From an uncultured Prevotellaceae bacterium (GTDB lineage: Bacteria > Bacteroidota > Bacteroidia > Bacteroidales > Bacteroidaceae): a stretch of DNA of 64,000 nt. The stretch spans positions 9,909 through 73,908 of the forward strand of contig CAMWQU010000007.1 in NCBI GenBank assembly GCA_947176535.1, written 5' to 3'. Of the stretch, positions 45,263 through 55,825 are shown piece after piece (positions within the stretch are counted from its first letter, which is position 1; the number at the start of each line of letters is the position of its first letter). The position numbers were made by a program, and so were the translations under genes. The notes beneath the pieces were generated by a model. That model did not search any database and was not told the DNA's origin. It saw only the letters and a program-made list of their open reading frames with translations.

Positions 45263-46543
45263 TTAGTAGGCGTACAGGGGGTACTTCTCCATCATGGCAT
45301 TCACCTCGGCACGCACGGCCGCGATGTTCTCCTCGCTCTCGGGAGCGTCGAGTACGCGCTCGATGAGTTCGGCAATCTTCACCATGAGGTCTTCCTTGGC
45401 ACCGCGTGTGGTGATGGCCGGTGTGCCCAACCGGATGCCGCTCGTCTGGAAAGCGGAACGGGAGTCGAACGGCACCATGTTTTTGTTCACCGTGATGTCG
45501 GCATCCACCAGTGCCCGCTCGGCCACTTTACCCGTCAGGTCGGGGTACTTGGTGCGCAAATCAACCAGCATGGAGTGGTTGTCGGTGCCGCCGCTGACGA
45601 TGTGGAAACCGCGTTTCATCAGTTCGTCGGCCAGTGTGCGTGCGTTCTTCTGCACCTGCTTGGCCCACTCCTTAAATTCGGGTTGCAGAGCTTCGCCGAA
45701 TGCCACGGCCTTGGCGGCAATGACGTGTTCCAGCGGGCCGCCCTGTGTGCCGGGGAATACGGCGCTGTTGAGCAGTGCGGACATCATCTTCACTTCGCCC
45801 TTCGGCGTTGTCTTTCCCCACGGGTTGGGGAAGTCCTTGCCCATGAGGATGATACCGCCGCGCGGGCCGCGCAGGGTCTTGTGAGTGGTGCTGGTGACGA
45901 TGTGGGCATACTTCAGCGGGTTGTCCAGCAGGCCGGCGGCGATGAGTCCGGCGGGGTGTGCCATGTCAATCATCAGCAGGGCGCCCACCTTGTCGGCAAT
46001 CTCGCGCATACGTTTGTAGTCCCATTCGCGGCTGTAGGCCGAGCCGCCGCCGATGATGAGTTTGGGCTTGTGTTCCAAAGCCAACTGCTCCATCTCGTCG
46101 TAATCGACACGTCCGGTCTCTTTGTTCAGGTTGTAGCCGACCGGGCGGTACAGAATACCGCTCGTGTTCACCAGTGAACCGTGGCTGAGATGGCCGCCGT
46201 GGTCGAGGTTGAGGCCCATGAAAGTGTCGCCGGGATTCAGCACGGCCAGGAATACGGCCGCATTGGCCTGTGCACCGGAGTGGGGCTGCACGTTGGCGTA
46301 TTCGGCACCGAATAGTTCGCAGACGCGGTCGATGGCCAGTTGCTCCACCTGATCCACTACCTGACAGCCGCCGTAGTAGCGCTTGCCGGGATAGCCCTCG
46401 GCGTATTTGTTGGTGAGGATGGAGCCCATGGCCTCCATCACCTCGTCACTCACATAGTTTTCGGAGGCAATCAGTTCGATGCCTCGGGTCTGACGCAAGC
46501 GTTCTGCTTCGATCAGACGGAATACGGTCTCGTCGTTTCGCAT
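45263..46543 (-). CDS. glyA: Serine hydroxymethyltransferase
   Basis: 426 aa. The PLP-lysine region is [15 protein letters not shown], with full-length SHMT similarity. Confidence 0.97.
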   Translation of the reverse strand: MRNDETVFRLIEAERLRQTRGIELIASENYVSDEVMEAMGSILTNKYAEGYPGKRYYGGCQVVDQVEQLAIDRVCELFGAEYANVQPHSGAQANAAVFLAVLNPGDTFMGLNLDHGGHLSHGSLVNTSGILYRPVGYNLNKETGRVDYDEMEQLALEHKPKLIIGGGSAYSREWDYKRMREIADKVGALLMIDMAHPAGLIAAGLLDNPLKYAHIVTSTTHKTLRGPRGGIILMGKDFPNPWGKTTPKGEVKMMSALLNSAVFPGTQGGPLEHVIAAKAVAFGEALQPEFKEWAKQVQKNARTLADELMKRGFHIVSGGTDNHSMLVDLRTKYPDLTGKVAERALVDADITVNKNMVPFDSRSAFQTSGIRLGTPAITTRGAKEDLMVKIAELIERVLDAPESEENIAAVRAEVNAMMEKYPLYAY

Positions 46544-46590
46544 ATAGATAGCTATATAATTCTAATGTTCTTACTTGTCAAAGGTCGGGG

Positions 46591-47079
46591 TCAGGAATTT
46601 TCCACCAGTTGCACGTCGTCTAATTGGATGATGGTGTTGCAGTAGCGGCACTTGAGCGTGCTCCGGGCCGCGTCGTGTACGTGGAAGTGGGTGGACATGG
46701 GTTCGTTGTTCGTGATGCACTTCGGATTGGCGCAGCGCACGATGCCCCGCAGTTCGTCGGGCAGCGTCACCGTGCGTTTCTCCACGATGTCGTAGTCCCG
46801 TATGATGCAGAGCGTGATGTTGGGGCAGATGACGGCCAGTTGGTTGAGTTCTTCATCCGTGAAGAACTTGTCGGCCATCTTGATGATGCTTTTCCGGCCC
46901 AGTACTTCGCTCTTGAGGTTGTAGCCGATGGTCACGGCCGTGTTCATGCGGTCGAGGTGCAGGAGATTGACAACGGCAAAAAGTTTCTCCGAAGGGATAT
47001 GGTCGATAACGGTGCCGTTTTCGATGGCGGCCACCATGAGTTGCTTTTTCATTCTATTTGGCTCTGTTTTCAGGTTCAA
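46591..47079 (-). CDS. pyrI: Aspartate carbamoyltransferase regulatory subunit
   Basis: It contains [11 protein letters not shown] and the zinc domain [12 protein letters not shown]...LKCRYCN. Its start overlaps the pyrB stop by 4 bp. Confidence 0.93.
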   Translation of the reverse strand: MNLKTEPNRMKKQLMVAAIENGTVIDHIPSEKLFAVVNLLHLDRMNTAVTIGYNLKSEVLGRKSIIKMADKFFTDEELNQLAVICPNITLCIIRDYDIVEKRTVTLPDELRGIVRCANPKCITNNEPMSTHFHVHDAARSTLKCRYCNTIIQLDDVQLVENS

Positions 47080-48056
47080 CTTTCAATTACCGTCTTGTCG
47101 TTCTTGATGGTGTCGAGGGTGATGCCCAGTGCGTCGCAGATGAGTGCCTGACGGGCGTAGAGTCCGTTGCGCGCCTGCTCGAAGTAGTAGGCATGCGGAT
47201 TCTCGTCGATGCTGTATTCTATCTCGTTTACGCGAGGCAGGGGGTGCAGGATTTTCATGTTGGGACGGGCTTTCGAGAGCATGTCCAGTTTCAGCAGATA
47301 ACGGTCTTTCACCCGTTCGTACTCCATGAGGTCGGTGAAGCGTTCGCGCTGCACGCGGGTCATGTACAGAATGTCGGCCCCACTGATGACATCGGCATCG
47401 AAGTGGGTGTGCTCGACGTAGCGGATGCCGTGTTCGCGACAGAAAGCCTTATACATTTCCGGCATGGCCAGTTCCTCGGGAGCGATGAAGTGGAAAGTGG
47501 GGTTGAAGTGGTACATGGCCGTCAGCATGGAGTGTACGGTTCGGCCGTATTTCAGGTCGCCGACAAGGAAGATGTCCAGATTGTCGAGCCTGCCCTGCGT
47601 CTTGTAGATGGAGTAGAGGTCGAGCATCGTTTGCGAGGGATGCTGGTTGGCTCCGTCCCCGGCGTTCACGATGGGTACGGGGGCAATCTCACTGGCGTAT
47701 CGGGCGGCTCCCTCCAGGTAGTGCCGCATGACGATGATGTCGGCATAGTTGGAGACCATCATGATGGTGTCTTTCAGAGTCTCGCCTTTGGTGCCGCTGG
47801 TGACCTTCGGGTCGGCAAAACCGATGACGCGGGCACCTAACCGGTTGGCGGCCGTCTCGAACGAAAGGCGGGTGCGTGTACTGGGCTCGAAAAAGAGCGT
47901 GGCAACAACTTTCCCTTCCAGCAGGCGGCGGTTGGGGCGGCGCTCAAACTCCTGAGCCATTTCAATGAGGTACTCAATCTTCTTACGGCTGTGATCCGCA
48001 ATCGTGACCAGGCTCCTCGGCCGGGCCGTATCAGTAGGCTTATTACACTGTTCCAT
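47076..48056 (-). CDS. pyrB: Aspartate carbamoyltransferase catalytic subunit
   Basis: Motifs are [13 protein letters not shown], the HPSQ region and HPLPRVNEI. Confidence 0.95.
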   Translation of the reverse strand: MEQCNKPTDTARPRSLVTIADHSRKKIEYLIEMAQEFERRPNRRLLEGKVVATLFFEPSTRTRLSFETAANRLGARVIGFADPKVTSGTKGETLKDTIMMVSNYADIIVMRHYLEGAARYASEIAPVPIVNAGDGANQHPSQTMLDLYSIYKTQGRLDNLDIFLVGDLKYGRTVHSMLTAMYHFNPTFHFIAPEELAMPEMYKAFCREHGIRYVEHTHFDADVISGADILYMTRVQRERFTDLMEYERVKDRYLLKLDMLSKARPNMKILHPLPRVNEIEYSIDENPHAYYFEQARNGLYARQALICDALGITLDTIKNDKTVIES

Positions 48057-48090
48057 GGCGAAATGGGGTGGACATTATGTTTTAGTGTGT

Positions 48091-48098
48091 CAAATTTA
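48091..48098 (-). promoter_or_regulatory. -7 promoter box (TAAATTTG on the minus strand) for pyrBI
   Basis: It is a perfect TAnnTTTG 34 nt upstream of the pyrB ATG. Confidence 0.5.
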
Positions 48099-48193
48099 GC
48101 TCTTTTTCTCTGTACGGGCAATAGTTATGCGCATATACTTCTGTTAAAAAATAAATTTTCATCTTCAGGCTTTTGTTTCTCGATTTTATTTCG

Positions 48194-48201
48194 TAACTTT
48201 G
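48194..48201 (+). promoter_or_regulatory. -7 promoter box (TAACTTTG) for the PBP1A-kdsB-MORN-glgB unit
   Basis: It is a perfect TAnnTTTG 23 nt upstream of the ATG at 48225. Confidence 0.55.
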
Positions 48202-48224
48202 TACACTTCAAAAACTATGCTCGG

Positions 48225-50612
48225 ATGCGTAAGGGTTTAATGATTATATTGTGGGTGTTGTTCTTCGGTGCAGTGGGAACGGTTACGACCCTGTTCGTAC
48301 TGATAGAGAACGGTTCCATCGGTTATATGCCGGATTTGCAACAGTTGGAGAATCCGGTGGATAAGTATGCAAGTCAGGTCTTTTCGGATGACGGTGCCCT
48401 GTTGGGTACATGGAGCTACAGTCGGGCCAATCGTATATTTGTTGATTACGACGACCTGCCGCCGTATCTGGTGAAGGCACTCGTGGCTACGGAGGATGAA
48501 CGTTTCTACGAACATAGCGGCATTGATTTCCGCGCCGTGTTGCGCGCCATGCTCAAGCGTGTTGTCATGCGGCAGAAGCAGGCCGGCGGCGGAAGTACCA
48601 TCACGCAGCAGTTGGCCAAACAGCTTTATAGCGCAAAGGCCAATACGGTTTGGGAGCGCGCCATGCAGAAACCCATCGAATGGGTGATTGCTGTGAAGCT
48701 GGAACGGTATTATACCAAGGAGGAAATCATTACGATGTATCTCAACTATTTCGACTTTCTCCATAATGCCGTGGGTATAAAGACCGCTGCGAAAACCTAT
48801 TTCGGTAAAGAACCCAAGGACTTGAACATCGACGAGTGTGCGATGCTTGTCGGGATGTGCAAGAACCCGTCGCTCTTTAATCCTGTGCGCCGTCCCGAGC
48901 AGGCCCGCGGCCGTCGGAACGTGGTGATAGACCAGATGGAGAAGGCGGGATGGCTGACGGAGGCGGAGGCCGACTCCTGCAAGGCACTGCCTGTCGAACT
49001 GGATTTCCACCGGCAAGACCATAAAGACGGCCATGCCACCTATCTGCGCGAATATCTGCGTGGCGTGCTGACGGCAAAGGCTCCGAAACGAAGTGACTAT
49101 GCGTCGTGGCAGGATCAGAAGTTTTATGAGGACTCGCTGGCATGGGCGAATGACCCGTTGTATGGCTGGTGCAATAAGAATATCAACAAAAAGACGGGAA
49201 AACCGTATGACCTCTATCAGGACGGACTGAAGATATATACCTCCATCGACAGTCGTATGCAGCGATATGCCGAGGAGGCGATGACGGCGCACGTCATAGG
49301 CACTCTGCAACCGGCTTTCAATAAGGAACGGAAAGGCTCAAGCAAGGCCCCTTACGGAGCCGGTGTGTCGGAGAAGGAGGTGGAGCGTCTGCTCACTCGT
49401 GCCAAACGTCAGAGCGGCCGTTACATCAAGATGAAGGCAGACGGGCATAATGACGCGGAGATAGACAAGGCTTTCGCCACTCCGATAGAAATGACGGTTT
49501 ATTCGCCCCACGGGGAGGTGGACACCATTATGTCGCCCATGGATTCCATCAAGTATTACAAGGGCTTCCTGCGTTCGGGCTTCCTGTGTATTGATAATGC
49601 TAGAGGTTATGTGAAAGCCTATGTGGGTGGACTTGATTATGCCCATTTCCAGTACGATATGGTGTCGCAGGGACGCCGTCAGGTGGGTTCTACCATCAAA
49701 CCTTATCTGTATGCCATGGCCATGGAAAACGGATGGACTCCGTGTGACGTGGCTCCCAACGAACAGCGGACTTACGGAAACTGGACGCCGCGTAACGGCA
49801 GTCGCTCGCATTACGGAGAAATGGTGACCCTGAAGTGGGGACTGGCCCAAAGTAATAACTGGATTTCGGCTTATCTGCTTAACTCCATGAATCCCGTGCT
49901 CTTCGTGAAATACCTGCATAAGTTCGGTATTAAGAATCGTAACATTCATCCCTCATTGGCACTTTCACTGGGCCCTTGCGAGGTGAGTGTGATGGAAATG
50001 GTGACGGCTTACACTGCATTCCCAAAGGGAGGAACGCGGGTGCAGCCCGTCTTTGTCACTAAAATCACCGACTCGGATGGTAATGTTGTGGCCGATGTCA
50101 GCACGTTACAGGTGAAGAAAAACGACCGGGACGAAAACGATACGCGGGAGGTGCTGAGTGAGGATGCCGCCTATAAGATGGTGGATCTAATGCAAGGCGT
50201 GATGAATGGCGGTACGGGTAGCCGCATGCGCAACCGTTATGGCATTCATGCCCAGATGGGTGGTAAGACGGGAACGACGAACGACAATTCGGACGGTTGG
50301 TTCGTAGGATATACTCCCTCGCTGACATTCGGTGCATGGGTCGGCGGCGAAGAACGCGATATTCATTTCAACAGCATGGCTTACGGACAGGGAGCGGCAG
50401 CCGCGTTGCCGATAGCTGCCTTGTTCTTGCAGAAAGTGTATGCCGATAGCCGTTTGCCTTATTCTACGGATGAGAAGTTTGTTTTCCCGAACGGTTTTGA
50501 CCTTTGCGGAGGTGGACTTCTGGATGATGGCGAAGCGGAGGAAGAGATTGTGGAGATGGTGGGCGCAGATGGTGCCGACGCTCCGATGAATGGGCTGATG
50601 AACTATGAGTAA
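48225..50612 (+). CDS. Class A penicillin-binding protein (transglycosylase plus transpeptidase, PBP1A-like)
   Basis: The start at MRKGLMIILWVLFF gives a transmembrane anchor. The GT51 motifs are ATEDERFYEHSGID and GGSTITQQLAK. The transpeptidase motifs are STIKP and KTGTT. Confidence 0.92.
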   Translation: MRKGLMIILWVLFFGAVGTVTTLFVLIENGSIGYMPDLQQLENPVDKYASQVFSDDGALLGTWSYSRANRIFVDYDDLPPYLVKALVATEDERFYEHSGIDFRAVLRAMLKRVVMRQKQAGGGSTITQQLAKQLYSAKANTVWERAMQKPIEWVIAVKLERYYTKEEIITMYLNYFDFLHNAVGIKTAAKTYFGKEPKDLNIDECAMLVGMCKNPSLFNPVRRPEQARGRRNVVIDQMEKAGWLTEAEADSCKALPVELDFHRQDHKDGHATYLREYLRGVLTAKAPKRSDYASWQDQKFYEDSLAWANDPLYGWCNKNINKKTGKPYDLYQDGLKIYTSIDSRMQRYAEEAMTAHVIGTLQPAFNKERKGSSKAPYGAGVSEKEVERLLTRAKRQSGRYIKMKADGHNDAEIDKAFATPIEMTVYSPHGEVDTIMSPMDSIKYYKGFLRSGFLCIDNARGYVKAYVGGLDYAHFQYDMVSQGRRQVGSTIKPYLYAMAMENGWTPCDVAPNEQRTYGNWTPRNGSRSHYGEMVTLKWGLAQSNNWISAYLLNSMNPVLFVKYLHKFGIKNRNIHPSLALSLGPCEVSVMEMVTAYTAFPKGGTRVQPVFVTKITDSDGNVVADVSTLQVKKNDRDENDTREVLSEDAAYKMVDLMQGVMNGGTGSRMRNRYGIHAQMGGKTGTTNDNSDGWFVGYTPSLTFGAWVGGEERDIHFNSMAYGQGAAAALPIAALFLQKVYADSRLPYSTDEKFVFPNGFDLCGGGLLDDGEAEEEIVEMVGADGADAPMNGLMNYE

Positions 50613-50638
50613 AACCGATAAAGACAGATTATAGAATA

Positions 50639-51388
50639 ATGAGATTTATAGCGATTATTCCGGCGAGATATGCTTCTACCCGTTTTCCGGCCAAACCGTT
50701 GGCCATGTTGGGTGGTAAGCCTGTTGTGCAACGTGTCTACGAACAGGTGAAGAGCGTGTTGGACAATGTATTTGTGGCTACCGACGACCAGCGCATCTAT
50801 GATGTTGTAGAGGGCTTTGGAGGGCGTGCCGTAATGACGCGGGAAGATCATAGAAGCGGAACAGACCGTTGCTTCGAGGCGTACCAAAAAATCGGATGCG
50901 AATGCGATGTGGTTATCAATATTCAAGGTGACGAACCTTTTATTCAGCCGTCTCAGATTCGGGCCTTGCAGGCTTGTTTCGAGGATGAAAAAACGCAAAT
51001 CGCCACGTTGGTAAAGCCTTTTACGGTGGCTGATGGACTGGAGGCCTTGCAGAATCCTAATTCTCCCAAGGTCGTGGTGAGCGACGACCAACGTGCGCTC
51101 TATTTCAGCCGTAGTGTGATTCCTTATCTTCGGGGTGTGGAGCAGACGGAGTGGCTTGCTCGCCACACGTTCTACAAGCATATCGGGCTTTATGCGTATC
51201 GGGTGGAGACGTTGGCTGAGATTACCCGACTGCCGCAAAGCACGCTGGAGAAAGTCGAGAGTCTGGAGCAACTGCGTTGGCTGGATAACGGCTATGTGAT
51301 TAAGGTGGGACAGACGGATGTGGAGACGATAGGTATTGACACGCCGGAAGACTTGGTGAAGGCTGAGGAGTTCCTGAACCGTATGTGA
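50639..51388 (+). CDS. kdsB: 3-deoxy-manno-octulosonate cytidylyltransferase
   Basis: 249 aa. The N-terminus is IIPARYASTRFPAKPLA, and it contains the IQGDEP motif. Confidence 0.95.
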   Translation: MRFIAIIPARYASTRFPAKPLAMLGGKPVVQRVYEQVKSVLDNVFVATDDQRIYDVVEGFGGRAVMTREDHRSGTDRCFEAYQKIGCECDVVINIQGDEPFIQPSQIRALQACFEDEKTQIATLVKPFTVADGLEALQNPNSPKVVVSDDQRALYFSRSVIPYLRGVEQTEWLARHTFYKHIGLYAYRVETLAEITRLPQSTLEKVESLEQLRWLDNGYVIKVGQTDVETIGIDTPEDLVKAEEFLNRM

Positions 51389-52542
51389 AACATGAAAATA
51401 TGACATTGATAAAAAGATATTTAGATAGGATATGGGTCGTGTGTCTCATTCTTTTAGGAGGCGTGCGGCTTTCAACGCTCCATGCCCAAAGTATTACCAT
51501 CGGAACTTACACTTTTCCTGACGGCGCGCAGTACCAGGGTGAGCTTTTCAAGGGAAAACCCTGGGGGCAGGGTATTACGACATTCCGGAACGGTGACTTC
51601 CATCAAGGGAAGTATGTGAAAGGTGAGCGGGAGGGATACGGCGTTTATCAGTTTACCGACGGCGAAAAGTACGAGGGCGATTGGATGCAGAACCATCAGC
51701 ATGGCAACGGAACCTACTATTTCAAGAATAACAACAAGTACGTCGGCCTTTGGTATCGCGATATGCAACAGGGGCAGGGTACGATGTTCTATTACAACGG
51801 CGATATTTATAAGGGCAACTGGAAAGAAGACAAACGCGAAGGCGTCGGTACCTACACGTATGCCAACGGTGCCTATTATGTCGGGACGTGGGTCGCTGAT
51901 ATGAAAACGGGCAAAGGAAAGTTTGACTGGAGCGACGGCAATGTGTACGAGGGAGATTGGAAGAACAATCAGATGATTGGTAAGGGTACGTATGTCTATG
52001 CCTCCGGCGATGTTTATACCGGTGACTGGCTTAACAATGTGCCTCACGGTCGGGGCATCTACACGTACAAGAACGGCGACCGCTATGAAGGTGCATACGT
52101 TAATGGCGAGCGCACCGGCGAAGGCGTTTCTTTTTTTGCAAACGGTGACAAATACATAGGGCATTTCCTGAATGGAGAGCAAGACGGCATGGGAACCTTT
52201 ACGTGGAAAAACGGCTCGGTTTACTATGGCCAGTGGAAAGCCAACAAACAGGAAGGTCGTGGCAAATATACTTGGAGTAACGGCAACACGTATGACGGAC
52301 AATGGAAAGGAGGATTGATGCATGGCGAAGGAGTGTTGCGTGAGGTCGATGGCGACAAGTTCAAGGGAACCTTCCAGGAAGGTATGAGAGAGGGATATGG
52401 TATATTGGAGGATAAAAATGGGGTGCGCTATGAGGGTGAGTTCCATCGTGACATGAAAGATGGAAACTTCATAGTCCGTGAGGGGAGCCATACCCGAAAA
52501 GTGGTTTTCGTGCATGACGTAGAACAAAGACTAACTAACTAA
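51385..52542 (+). CDS. MORN-repeat protein with an N-terminal membrane anchor or signal
   Basis: About 13 tandem 23-aa MORN units (Y.G.W..G...G.G) follow a hydrophobic N-terminus. The GTG start overlaps the kdsB stop (GTGA). An alternative ATG lies at 51400. Confidence 0.8.
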   Translation: MKHENMTLIKRYLDRIWVVCLILLGGVRLSTLHAQSITIGTYTFPDGAQYQGELFKGKPWGQGITTFRNGDFHQGKYVKGEREGYGVYQFTDGEKYEGDWMQNHQHGNGTYYFKNNNKYVGLWYRDMQQGQGTMFYYNGDIYKGNWKEDKREGVGTYTYANGAYYVGTWVADMKTGKGKFDWSDGNVYEGDWKNNQMIGKGTYVYASGDVYTGDWLNNVPHGRGIYTYKNGDRYEGAYVNGERTGEGVSFFANGDKYIGHFLNGEQDGMGTFTWKNGSVYYGQWKANKQEGRGKYTWSNGNTYDGQWKGGLMHGEGVLREVDGDKFKGTFQEGMREGYGILEDKNGVRYEGEFHRDMKDGNFIVREGSHTRKVVFVHDVEQRLTN

Positions 52543-52552
52543 ATACAGAGAC

Positions 52553-54676
52553 ATGGCAACAAAAAAGGAATCGGCATTGTCCACCACCAAGAAAGCATCC
52601 TCTGCAAAGAGTAAGGCGAAGACGAAGCGTGTATCCCGAAAGAAAGCAGAGCCTCAGACTCCTCAATTAAAACTGCTCCGCAACGACAAATACCTGGCCG
52701 AATATGCCGCGGCCATTGAAGGGCGTCATCAGTTTGCGCTTGACAAAATTAGCGAACTTACGAATAACGGTTCGACCTCATTAAGCGATTTTGCCGATGG
52801 CTATCTCTATTTCGGCCTTCACCGCACGGTAACGGGTGGTTGGGTGTTGCGGGAGTGGGCTCCCAACGCAACGGAAATCTATCTTGTCGGTGACTTCAGC
52901 GATTGGAAAGAGATGCCGAAATATGCCATGAAGCGTGTTAAGAACTCCGGAAACTGGGAGCTAAAGCTCGCGAAGAATGTATTAAAGCACGGCGACCTTT
53001 TCAAACTGAACGTCCATTGGGACGGTGGCCAGGGAGAGCGCATTCCGGCCTGGGCCACACGTGTTGTGCAGGACGAGCAGACCAAAATATTCTGCGCTCA
53101 GGTATGGAATCCGGCAACCCCATACAGTTGGCGGGTGAAAAAGTTCAAGCCCAATACGGAGCCTCTGCTCATCTATGAATGCCACATCGGTATGGCGCAG
53201 GATGCGGAAGTGGTAGGTTCCTATCGTGAATTCAAGGACAATATCCTGCCCCGCATTGTGAAGGACGGCTATAACTGCATTCAGATTATGGCCATTCAAG
53301 AGCATCCCTATTACGGAAGTTTCGGTTATCATGTGTCAAACTTCTTTGCCCCCAGCAGTCGTTTCGGAACGCCGGAGGAACTGAAAGAACTCATTGATGC
53401 TGCTCACGAGTCCGGACTTGCAGTCATCATGGACATCGTCCATAGCCATGCTGTAAAGAACGAGATGGAGGGCCTGGGCAATTTCGCCGGTGACCCTAAT
53501 CAATATTTCTACGAAGGAGAACGCCGCGAACATCCCGCGTGGGATAGTCTCTGTTTTGACTACGGCAAGAACGAGGTACTCCATTTCCTGTTGTCCAACT
53601 GCAAATATTGGCTTGAGGAGTTTCATTTCGACGGATTTCGTTTTGACGGCGTAACTTCCATGCTTTATTACAGTCACGGACTGGGCGAGGCTTTCATGGG
53701 TTACGCCGATTATTATAACGGTAATGAGGACGACAATGCCATTTGTTACCTGACGTTGGCCAACGAACTTATTCATAAGGTCAATCCCTCGGCTATAACG
53801 ATTGCTGAAGAGGTGAGCGGAATGCCGGGACTGGCCGTTCCCTTTAAGAATGGCGGTTATGGCTTTGACTACCGCATGGCCATGAATATCCCCGACTACT
53901 GGATTAAGACCATCAAGGAGCTACGTGACGAAGACTGGAAACCCAGTTCGATGTTTTGGGAAGTGAAGAATCGCCGTGCCGACGAAAAGACCATCAGCTA
54001 CTGCGAGAGCCACGACCAGGCATTGGTGGGCGACAAAACTATTATTTTCCGCCTTGTCGATGCCGATATGTACTGGCATTTCAAGAAAGGTGACCAGAAT
54101 TATGTGGCCGACCGTGGCATAGCCCTCCACAAGATGATTCGCCTTCTGACGGCTTCCACCATCAATGGCGGCTACCTCAACTTCATGGGTAATGAGTTCG
54201 GCCATCCCGAGTGGATAGACTTCCCCCGCGAGGGTAACGGCTGGAGCCACAAGTACGCCCGTCGCCAGTGGAATCTTGTAGATAACGAGGAACTCTGTTT
54301 CCATTATCTCGGTGACTTCGACCAAGCCATGCTTCGCACGCTGAAGAAAGAAAAGAGCATTCAGAAGACGCAGGTTGTCGAAGTATGGCACAACGACGGC
54401 GACCAGATACTTGCTTTCAGACGTGGCGATTTGTTTTTCTTCTTCAATTTCAGTCCCAATCGCAGTTACGGCGGTTATGGCTTCATGGTTCCCGAGGGCT
54501 CTTACGATTATGTGCTGAATACCGATGCCTCCTGCTTCGGCGGCAATGGTCTGAACGATGACAGCATCCGTCATTTCACAAACTGGGATCCCGAATTGGC
54601 GCGTGACGGCAAGGGTTGGCTTCAACTCTATTTGCCTGCCCGTTCGGCATGTGTGCTGCGACGTCTGAAGGAGTGA
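52553..54676 (+). CDS. glgB: 1,4-alpha-glucan branching enzyme (GH13) with a Lys/Ala/Ser-rich N-terminal tail
   Basis: GH13 conserved regions are DIVHSHA, GFRFDGVTSM, IAEEVSG and CESHDQ. The first approximately 35 residues are basic and low-complexity. Confidence 0.9.
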   Translation: MATKKESALSTTKKASSAKSKAKTKRVSRKKAEPQTPQLKLLRNDKYLAEYAAAIEGRHQFALDKISELTNNGSTSLSDFADGYLYFGLHRTVTGGWVLREWAPNATEIYLVGDFSDWKEMPKYAMKRVKNSGNWELKLAKNVLKHGDLFKLNVHWDGGQGERIPAWATRVVQDEQTKIFCAQVWNPATPYSWRVKKFKPNTEPLLIYECHIGMAQDAEVVGSYREFKDNILPRIVKDGYNCIQIMAIQEHPYYGSFGYHVSNFFAPSSRFGTPEELKELIDAAHESGLAVIMDIVHSHAVKNEMEGLGNFAGDPNQYFYEGERREHPAWDSLCFDYGKNEVLHFLLSNCKYWLEEFHFDGFRFDGVTSMLYYSHGLGEAFMGYADYYNGNEDDNAICYLTLANELIHKVNPSAITIAEEVSGMPGLAVPFKNGGYGFDYRMAMNIPDYWIKTIKELRDEDWKPSSMFWEVKNRRADEKTISYCESHDQALVGDKTIIFRLVDADMYWHFKKGDQNYVADRGIALHKMIRLLTASTINGGYLNFMGNEFGHPEWIDFPREGNGWSHKYARRQWNLVDNEELCFHYLGDFDQAMLRTLKKEKSIQKTQVVEVWHNDGDQILAFRRGDLFFFFNFSPNRSYGGYGFMVPEGSYDYVLNTDASCFGGNGLNDDSIRHFTNWDPELARDGKGWLQLYLPARSACVLRRLKE

Positions 54677-54679
54677 CCG

Positions 54680-55825
54680 ATGAATTACGCTAACCCGCAG
54701 ATACGACGGATAGCACGGAGGATGCCGTTCTTCTGTGCTTCCTACTTCATGCTCTTTGCTTTCGGCAGTCTCTACCTTCTGCAGCGCGACGTGCTGGCGC
54801 AGGTGCAGTTCCGGATGTCGGAAGGAGTTACGGTCTATCATCCGTTGCTTTCTGCTCTTCTCTGTACCCTGTTGCTTACTTTCCTGGGAGTATTTGCGGG
54901 GAGCGTGTTACGTTGGCTCCCCCTCCGCTTGAAAGCATTGGCATGGTTTTTCCCTTTTCTTCTCCTTGGTGCTCTGTCGCATTGGCACTTTCCTCAGTTC
55001 GGTGACGGCGGTATGCCTCCCCGCTGGGGCACGGTGATACTTTTTGTTGTGCTGTATGCTTTGTCTTTGCTCCTGAGCCGCCGTTTTCCCGACTCGTCAA
55101 AGGAGAAAGAAGGATTTGTCACTTATGCGTGGGCCAACATCCTGTTGTTGATACTTTTCACGGCGATGAGCCTCTCGCTCAGCAACACCGATGGCGTTCT
55201 TCACCGCACGTTGCGGGCCGGACGCCTTGTGGAGGAGCATAACTACGAGGGAGTATTGCAGGCCGGGAGATATGAGCGGCATCCCTCGCAGCCCCTTTCC
55301 GCCGCCGTGGCTTTAGCCCTGAGTCAGACGGGACAATTAGGCGAACGCCTTTTTTTCTATCCGCAACCCTATGGTAGCGAAGGGCTTGTGCCTCGCTTGG
55401 CTGATACACTCATGGTGTATAATCTTCCCCGTGAGGCCGGTTTTCATTTAGGTTATAAACGTGGAGGACGAACCCCTGTCACGCTTTTTCTTGACGTCAT
55501 TTCCTCGCGACCGAATCCCCGCCCGGCGGTGCATGACTATCTCCTTTGCGCCCATCTGCTTGACAAGAATCTCGACCGTTTTGCCGAAACTCTTCTTGTG
55601 GGCGATACGCTGCCCGACATGCTCCCCTTGCACTATCGCGAGGCCCTGCTGCTGTGTCAGCATCTGAATCCTGATGCTCCGGTACTTCTTGCCGATGTTC
55701 CTCTAAGCGCAGCGTTTGAGGATTTTCTGACGTTACTGCAAACAGCAGGTACCAAAGACGAACGCGAGTTTATGGTGCGCGAGCGCTTTGGTACCACGTA
55801 CTGGTGCTATTTCTATTTCAATTAG
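54680..55825 (+). CDS. Hypothetical polytopic membrane protein
   Basis: 381 aa with several N-terminal hydrophobic segments and a soluble C-terminal half. It starts 4 bp after the glgB stop. Confidence 0.6.
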   Translation: MNYANPQIRRIARRMPFFCASYFMLFAFGSLYLLQRDVLAQVQFRMSEGVTVYHPLLSALLCTLLLTFLGVFAGSVLRWLPLRLKALAWFFPFLLLGALSHWHFPQFGDGGMPPRWGTVILFVVLYALSLLLSRRFPDSSKEKEGFVTYAWANILLLILFTAMSLSLSNTDGVLHRTLRAGRLVEEHNYEGVLQAGRYERHPSQPLSAAVALALSQTGQLGERLFFYPQPYGSEGLVPRLADTLMVYNLPREAGFHLGYKRGGRTPVTLFLDVISSRPNPRPAVHDYLLCAHLLDKNLDRFAETLLVGDTLPDMLPLHYREALLLCQHLNPDAPVLLADVPLSAAFEDFLTLLQTAGTKDEREFMVRERFGTTYWCYFYFN

